Of a stretch of 64,000 nt of DNA, positions 52,301 to 61,300 are shown in pieces. The notes beneath the pieces were generated by a model. It searched no databases. It was not told where the DNA came from and was given only the letters and a program-made list of their open reading frames with translations. The DNA is taken from the NCBI GenBank assembly GCA_036785375.1, contig JAWMAR010000030.1, positions 5,704,001 through 5,768,000 of the forward strand. The letters are read 5' to 3'. Position numbers and translations under genes: made by a program. Numbering within the stretch: position 1 is the stretch's first letter; every line of letters starts with the position of its first letter. The stretch comes from Leucoraja ocellata. Taxonomy: Eukaryota.

Positions 52301-55300
52301 TAGAGTGAGACAAGGGAGTGGAGAAGTTGAGGCTGCTTGGTCGGGCAGGGCGTGGGAATTGATGAAGTCGGTAATGGTGCTAGAAATGGCTGTCTCCTCC
52401 CCTTCCTTAACCCTCTAGCTGTCTCCTCCCACCCTCCCATCCACCCGCCCTCGGGCTCCTCCTCCTCCCCTTTTCCTTCCTTCTCCCCCCCCCCCCACCC
52501 CCCAACAGTCTGAAGAAGGGTTTCGGCCACAAACGTCACCTATTTCCTTCGCTCCATAGATGCTGCTGCACCCGCTGAGTTTCTCCAGCAATTTTGTGTA
52601 TCTTCAGAGCTCAGGAACAGTTTCAGTTTAGTTTACTTTAGAGATATAGCATGGATATAAGCCCTTCAGCCCATCGAGTCCGCACCGACCAGCGGTCACT
52701 GCAGTCTTAAGAATGGTTCTGACCCGAAATGTCACCTGTTCCTTTTCCCCAGAGATGCTGCCCAATCTTGTAGAACCCAGTGCCATTTCCAACATTCAAC
52801 CACATATTTTAACTCATTTTAACCGGAGCAAAGAATAGGTTCTGTTGCGAGACTCTTTCAAAAATAATAAGGGAAATATCTGATGGCTATCTAACTGTGA
52901 CTTATAGGTTGTACCGGACTTTCCGAGATTCCAAGTATGTGTATATGCTCATGGAGGTGTGTCTGGGCGGGGAGCTGTGGACCGTCCTCCGTGACATGTG
53001 AGTGTATGTCATTTTTATGTTCCAATGTTTGAATGTATTTCGTCAAAATGCAGGAAGATTGCTCCCGATGTTGGGGAAGTCAAGGACAAGGGGTCACAGC
53101 TTAAGGATAAGGGGGGAAATCCTTTAAAACTGAGATGAGAAGAACTTTTTTCACACAGAGAGTGGTGAATCTCTGGAACTCTCTGCCACAGAGGGTAGTC
53201 GAGGCCAGTTCATTGGCTATATTTAAGAGGGAGTTAGATGTGCCCCTTGTGGCTAAGGGGATCAGAGGGTATGGAGAGAAGGCAGGTACGGGATACTGAG
53301 TTGGATGATCAGCCATGATCATATTGAATGGCGGTGCAGGCTCGAAGGGCCGAATGGCCTACTCCTGCACCTAATTTCTATGTTTCTATGTTTCTATGTC
53401 AATCCATGTCCATTCCAATGCAGGCTACTGTGTATGGCCACTGTTAGGATTGCAAGGGAGGTGGAATATAAGCCATCATCTATCTATAGATCTGACAACC
53501 TTACCTCAATTCCAATGGTCTTGGATAAAATATAGGTGGAAAGTGCTGGGAATACTCAGTAGGTCAGGCAGCATATGTGGAGAGAGAAAGAGTGTTATGC
53601 CTCTTAACCTCTGGAGACTTTGCGCCCTGCTCAAGGTTTCCGTGCGGTTCCCGGAGGTTGCAGGTAGTGGAAGCAGGTAGGGAGACGGACAAAAACCTCC
53701 GGGAACCTCCGGGAACCGCACGGAAACCTTGGGTGGAGCGCAAAGTCTCCAGAGGTTTCCGTTCAGGTTTCCTAAGTGGGACAGGGGCATTATTGTGTTA
53801 TTGCTTCAGGTTGATGATCTCCAATGTCTAGAAAAAAGTTGCAGCACAGATTCACCAAAGAGGGAAATGGTCTTAAAAATGTTTTCTTAGGGACAGATTT
53901 TCTCACAGTTCCTTTCTTCAAGGTTGAGGTCTGCTCTTAAAAAAATATCAAATGATCTACTCGGGTAGAGAAGAAGCCAGAACATGAACATTAGAGCCAG
54001 GTCACTCAAAGGTGAACTCACAGAAAGGACAGTGGTAAACTTCCTTAAGTATCTGTGGATGTGGAGGTCACTGTACTTGCCATTCTTTCTACTGTGAAAG
54101 GTGAATCCCAAGGAGAAGGCGATTCATTGAAACTGATACAAAGTATTAAATCCCAATCACACAGCCAGGTAAATTCCAATCAATGGGAATGCAGCTATGT
54201 GCTCCCTTGTGCACAAATAAAAACAAATGTCCACAGATAAATCAGAGTCCGAGCCATTGACCTTAAGTGGCCTTAAGTCACTGATCTTAAGTGGGTCAAG
54301 TTTAGGTTGAGTTTTAAATGTGATTCTTTCTGTTGACCTATCTGACCAAACCATCCTGGGTAATACATTCTTCCAAGCCCACAATATGGACAGGTGGCAA
54401 TAATAACTAGTTCCATGGCAATGCAGACTCTCGAGATGCCTCACAAGGACACTATCAGATAGTAGGAGAAAAGAAAACTGATCCGTCCATTAAGGGAGCT
54501 GAATCTGTGTTTGTGTTCACAGGTGTTTCTTTGAGGAACCGACAGCCAGGTTTTGTGTTGGATGTGTTGTGGAGGCTTTTGATTATTTGCACAACAGAGG
54601 AATCATTTACAGGGATCTCAAGCCTGAGAATTTGCTGCTGGACTCTGACGGATATGTGAAAATGGTACGTATTGATCCAGTGGAACCAGTAACAACTCAT
54701 ACCGTGCACTGGCAGATACAACCTCCATCAGTCAGTCTCTCATTGACACAATACATCAGCAAGTAAATTCTCACCTTAAAGCCATCCCTCTAGCATTGGA
54801 TATTTCCATCTTGGGAAAAACAACTGACCATCTATGCTATCTTTGCCTCTCATAATTTTATATACTTCCATCAGACCTCCTCTCAACCTCCAGTGTTCCA
54901 GAAGAAATAATCCAACCTCCCCCTGTGACTAATTCCCCTTAATTCAGGCATCTTTCTGATAAACCTTCTCGGCATTCTTTCCAAAGCTTCCACATCCTTC
55001 CTGTGTTGGGTCACTAGGACTACATGCAATACTCCACATGCAACCATACCAAAATCCTATAAAGATGCACCATGAATGACTTCCTGACTCTTATACTCAA
55101 TGGCTACCATCAAACTGTTGGGTACGTGATCCTGCGGTGCAACCATGATTGCCTTGAATTACAATTACATCAGCTACCAGTCAATGGATTATAAAGGGAT
55201 GAGAAAGGTGCTATTTAAATGAAACTTTCATTGCTTTGAATAAATTGACCCCTGGAGACACAAGGAACTGCAGAACCTTGTGTTCCAAAAAAGGACACAT

Positions 55301-58300
55301 CGTGCTGGAGTAACTAAGCAGGTCAGGCAACGTCTCTGGAGAACAAGGATAGGTGATGATTCGGGGAAGGGTCCCATCCCAAAATGTCACCCATCCATAT
55401 TCTCCGGAGATGTACAGGGTCTTGGTGAGACCGCACCTGGAGTATTGCGTACAGTTTTGGTCTCCTAATCTGAGGAAAGACATTCTTGCCATAGAGGGAG
55501 TACAGAGAAGGTTCACCAGACTGATTCCTGGGATGTCAGGACTTTCATATGAAGAAAGACTGGATAGACTCAGCTTGTACTCGCTAGAATTTGGAGGATT
55601 GAGGGGGGATCTTATAGAAACGTACAAAATTCTTAAGGGGTTGGACAGGCTAGATGCAGGAAGATTGTTCCTGATGTTGGGGAAGTCCACAACAAGGGGT
55701 CACAGTTTAAGGATAAGGGCAAAATCCTTCAGGACCGAGATGAGAAAAACATTTTTCACACAGAGAGTGGTGAATCTCTGGAATTCTCTGCCGCAGAAGG
55801 TAGTTGGGGCCAGTTCATTGGCTATATTTAAGAGAGAGTTAGATGTGGCCCTTGTGGCTAAAGGTATCAGGGGGTATGGAGAGAAGGCAGGTACAGGATA
55901 CTGAGTTGGATGATCAGCCATGATCATATTGGTGCCGGCTCGAAGGGCCAAATAGCCTACTCCTGCACCTATTTTCTATGTTTCTATGATGCTGCCTGAA
56001 CTATTGAGTTGTTCCAGCACTTTGTGGAGTTCTGCTTTTAATGGTGTCAAATTAAGCTGATGGATCCCATCTAGGAAGTCTCAATCTGCTCTCCCCGGGG
56101 GCATGTCTGCATCCTAGCTGCCTAGTCTCACTGACGCTCTAACACCCAGCATCAGAATTAAACTTAAATGCTGGATGCTTTGGAGAGGCATTAATTCAGG
56201 AGTAGTCAATCAAAGCTTTCCACTGACAAAAACTGTGTGGGCTGTGAGCTGACTGGAGAATTTTTTAAATGAAAGTCCTTAACCTCGCTACAAGAGAAAC
56301 ACAGAACCTTTCTTCACCCAGAAAATGCAGCGAGTGCATTTTTAAACTGCGCAATGTGCAAAAGTTATTTTTAAATCTCCAATAAGTTTTTGTTTCAAAA
56401 TCGTGATAAAACGATTCTGTTTTCTGTGGGAAAACGGTCACCAATCAGGAGACACGCATTTTAAATAATTGGTGAAAAGAATAGAGATGAGGAGGAAGCA
56501 TAGTTTTGAAATGCAGCAATTGATTACAAATTGGTATGCTCTGAATGAGGAGCCTACTGTTTCAACAGGACCTTTCAAGATGAATTGGCTAAACACTCGT
56601 ATAGGAAATGATTGCAGTACAATTATATTGATAGCTCTTTTGAAGAGATAGCATCAGCATAAATGGATGAATGGCCACCTGTGCTGTACCAGTCTACATA
56701 ATTTCGGTATAATACGGTGGAGAGATGGAGATAGGCCAAAAAACTGCTGGAAAAACTCAGAGGGTCAGGCAGCATCTCTCGAAGCAAAGGAATGGTCAAC
56801 ATTTTGGGTTAAGAACCTGCATTAGGACTGAGAGGGAAATGAGTTACAGATAGAGATGGGGGGAGGGGTAATGCCCTTGTCCCACTTAGGAAACCTGAAC
56901 AGAAACCTCTGGAGACTTTGCGCCCCACCCAAGGTTTCCGTGCGGTTCCCGGAGGTTGCAGGTGGTTGCAGGTAGTGGAAGCAGGCAGGGAGACTGACAA
57001 AAACCTCCGGGAACCGCACGGAAACCTTGGGTGGGGCGCAAAGTCTCCAGAGGTTTCCGTTCATGTTTCCTAAGTGGGACAGGGGCCTAGGGCAGAGGCT
57101 GGGAGGTGATATGAGAAGCCAGCTGAGGGGAATGGATGATGAGCAGATGGGTGAGGGAACGGGGCGAGTGCTGAGACAAGAAGCGGGTAAGTGATAGGTA
57201 GAAACCTAAGAAAAATACATTACTTAATCAGATGACATCGGGAGGATGAGGTGAAAGTCAAGCTGGAGGCTGGAAGGTGATAGATGGAATCAGATAAGGA
57301 AGGAATGATGTGCACATAAAACCAGGAGGTGAAGGAGATGTGAAAGATGAACCAAGGGAAAGATACCATGAGGTAAGTGGTGTACAGGCAGACAGGATCA
57401 GGTGGGGGCTGGAATGTCTAGATAATGAACAGGGTTGTCGGGTTAAAGAATCAAGGAATGTAGATGGAGTTCAATTAAAGATTGGCCATAAATGACTGGT
57501 TCAGAACCATTAGATACCCAAATAGTTAATCATACCAAAGCTTCCAAAACAACTCGTCAACCAACACCAAAGGATGCTTAACGTTCTACACAACCCAAGC
57601 CCTGTATATGCTTCCACAAATGCTCTGGTCTTTGTGCAGGAAAACACAAGCACCGTCAACCCTGATATTTCTATCTCAGAACACTTTTGAGGAACCACAA
57701 GCTAAACCAAGCCAATGTAGATTGGAGAAACAAAGAACTGCAGATTTTGATTTACACAAAGGACACAAAGTGCTGGAGTAATTCAGCGGGCCAAGCAGCA
57801 TCTCTAAAACATGGATACATGACAGTATTGGTTAGGATCCTTCTTCCTGGGTCCAGACCTGAAACATCACATATCCGTGTTCTCCAGAGATGCCACATTA
57901 CACGTTGAGTTACTCCAGCTCTTTGTTTCCTCCATTGTATATTGCAAGTGGCTTCATACACGTCAATCAGTAACTCATTACATATGTGATTCCCCCAACC
58001 CCTGTCTTTCAGGCTGATTTTGGTTTTGCTAAGCGGATTGGCCTGGGCAAGAAGACCTGGACCTTCTGTGGAACCCCTGAGTACGTTGCTCCAGAGATTA
58101 TCATGAACAAGGGCCATGACTTTGGTGCAGACTATTGGTCTCTGGGAATCCTGGTCTTTGAGCTTCTGACTGGAAAGTAAGCATTGAAGCAGTAAGTGTA
58201 AATCACACAGGGTACATTCACATCAGGTGCACTCACACTAAAGGCACTCACACAGAGCACACACTTATAAAGTGACCATTTACAGTGATTTAGCACAAGC

Positions 58301-61300
58301 TAGACCCTGGCTGGGTTGTGACAGGATTCAGCCCATTGTGGATTGTTTCAAGGAGCTGACCACTTATTTCCCATTCCTTGATACTTACCAGTTAGCCCTG
58401 CACATTATTCTTGGATGTTTAGAAGATAGATCACATGTTTTTTTTGTATGCTGCGTGCTGCGATTTTCATGAACACTAAAAGGCTAAAAGAAAATTGGGA
58501 AATTATACTTCTGAGTCTCCAAGTCTGGGCATATCATCTGCATCAGCCACAAGTTGCAAGGAAAAAGGCCGTACTGTGACCTTCACCAACTTACAATCCA
58601 TTTCCTGGATTTCAACTGCAAGAGTCAGCGGCTGCTCACTGAGCCCAGTCCAACCATCAAACTCGCATTTGCTCTGGTCCTATACAGATCCTGCCAACTA
58701 TCGTTCATCAACAGAAAAGGGGAAATATGATCTGAAGAAAGTCCCAAATCACTGTTTACAAAACTGGACCAAACAAACCTATAATTGTGTGATTTTCTGT
58801 CTCCCCAGTCCTCCATTTACTGGTCCTGATGCAATTGAAACTTACAATATGATTTTGAAGGGAATGGAGCAAGTGGATTTTCCAAAACGGATCCCTAATC
58901 GTCCAGCAGATCTGATCAGGAGACTGTGCAAGTAAGAAACATGATTTACAATTATAATATCTTGGCACTGGATGAAAGCACCAAAGTCATGCCAGCTCTG
59001 GTAGCTCGTTAAGTCAAACGATTGTTCTGTTAATCAGTCACCACAGAAGAGGGCATGGAAAACCTGCAATAATGGAGAACAACAGGTCTGGCATGAATGA
59101 GGAGCTCAAATAAATTAGCTTTAGTCGATAGAAAAGCATTGAGGAAATTAATGGGAATGAAAGGTGAGAAATCTCCAGGACCTGATGAACTGGTTCAGAA
59201 GAGTCTGAAGAAGGGTCTCGACCCAAAATGTCACCAATTCCTTCTCTCCAGAGATGCTGCCTGTCCCGCTGAGTTACTCCAGCATTTTGTGGCTACGTTC
59301 GATTCATCTGCAGTTCTTTCCTACACAAGGTTCAGAAGGAGTTGTGTGTAGATATCACGAATGCTATGGTGGTCATCTTCCAATGTTCCTTGGATTCTAG
59401 AATGGGTCCCGTAAATAGGAAGGTAACAACTATAACACCGCTATTTTAGGAAGGAGGGAGAGAAATGAACAGATGAACTAGGCACATAACAGTAGATGGG
59501 GGAAATCATGGAATCTATTATCAAGGCAGTGGTAGCAGGGTACATGGAAAATACTAATTGGATTGGACAAAGCCAACATGAAAATGGGAAAGAGAAGTAA
59601 TGTTTGACAAATCTGGTGGATTTTCTGGAGAATATGAATAGGTGATTTTTCGGGTCAGGACCCTTCTTTAGATTGATTGTGGTGAAGGGGGGAGGGGAGA
59701 AAGGACGGGCAGGACAAAGCATATTATCTTTGATCAGGGAGACTATAGCTATTTAAATATTGCCAAGTATGAATGTGTTTGGTGAAGGAATTGAAAAACA
59801 CGAAACAGTGGTCATATTTTAACCTGGCTATTTAATAATTGTGCAGAGTTAATCCAACAGAAAGGCTGGGAAATAAGAAGAATGGAATAAATGATATTCG
59901 GAAACAGAAGTAAGTGAGCAAACCAACTGACATACCAAGTGGGAAATTAGACTATACTGTGTAAGAGTTGATATCTGAAAGCATAGCTTTACACACACTA
60001 TATTGTACAACTCTGGACCTCTTTCCCTCAGTCTGTTGTTTAAAGGGCCTGCCCCACGATGCGTGTTCACCCAAGAGCTCTCCCGAGTTAAAAAAATAAT
60101 AAAACTCGTGGTATTCTATGAACTCCTACGACCTTCCACGAGTATGATCACGAGCTCCATGAGATCCTACGAGTAAAAAGTAACGATTTTTTTCATCACG
60201 AGTATTTTTTTAATCGTGAAGTTTTTTCAACACTGTGAAAAATGTCCACGAGTAAAAAAATACTCGTGATGAAAAAAATTGTTACTTTTTACTCGTAGGA
60301 GCTCGTGAACATACTCGTGGAAGTTCGCAGGAGTTCGTAGAGTGAAGTCGCATCGTGGGACAGGCCTTTAAGGCTTTGATTGAATTATTTAAAATGCTTG
60401 TCGGGTAAATCATTAAACGTCAGTGAATTTGAAGATCAGCCAATATCTAATTCAATTTGTATTGTATTGGAATTAATTTATTAGCCAAGTATGTAAAAAC
60501 ATACAAGGAATTTGATTTGCCATACAGTCAATGTTGGAATAGGCTCAAAGGACCAAGTGACCTTCTCCTGTTCCAATGAATTGATTTGATGTCTGCATGC
60601 CACAACCCCAGTCAATTTATTCCTGGCTTCAGCAGGAGACATATCAGAAGGTTCCTCTCAGGATCCAATAAGACCAATCCCAGAGAATAAATAGGAGTAA
60701 AACCTTTCACTCCGCAACAGCTCAAGACAACCATGAAAATTCACTGCTATATTAAATTGACTCCTGTGATGTGGTCAATAATATAACCCAGGTCATTATA
60801 TTCTGGTAGAGTATTCCAGAAAATCTTTGACCAGAGAGGAAGCGATTCAGGTGAAATGAATAGATAAGGCAGAACCAGAGAAATAGATGAGGAAGAATAA
60901 AACGGGTGTGGAGAAAATAAGTCTTGTAAAAGAGTTGCAGAGCATAAATACCAATGTGGACAATAAGAGGAGGTTTACCTGAAACTTCTTCCTCAAATAC
61001 AACAGTGGAAATGCATAAAATCTATGACAGAATTCAGCAATTTTGCCCATTCTGTGTTCGCCAGTCACCAAGCTAACCACAATAAATAACCAAGCCTGTC
61101 AGTAAGGGACGTACAAAGACTACATATCATAACCTCTCATGGACACATTGAATGGTGACCAGGGTATTGCCTCTACTACACTTTAGTTTAGTTTTGTTTA
61201 GTTTCATGCACTGAGATACAGTGAAAAACATTTGTTTGGGTGCTATCTAGTCAAATAAAAGACTATTCATGATTACAATCAAGCCGTCCACAGTGCACAG

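Noticed and set aside
55211-55951. Minus-strand ORFs of 159 and 83 aa
   Set aside because: Antisense shadows of the CR1 ORF2 fragment.
56872-57087. miRNA precursor hairpin
   Set aside because: Explained as a multicopy MITE with TIRs; no expression evidence is available from sequence.
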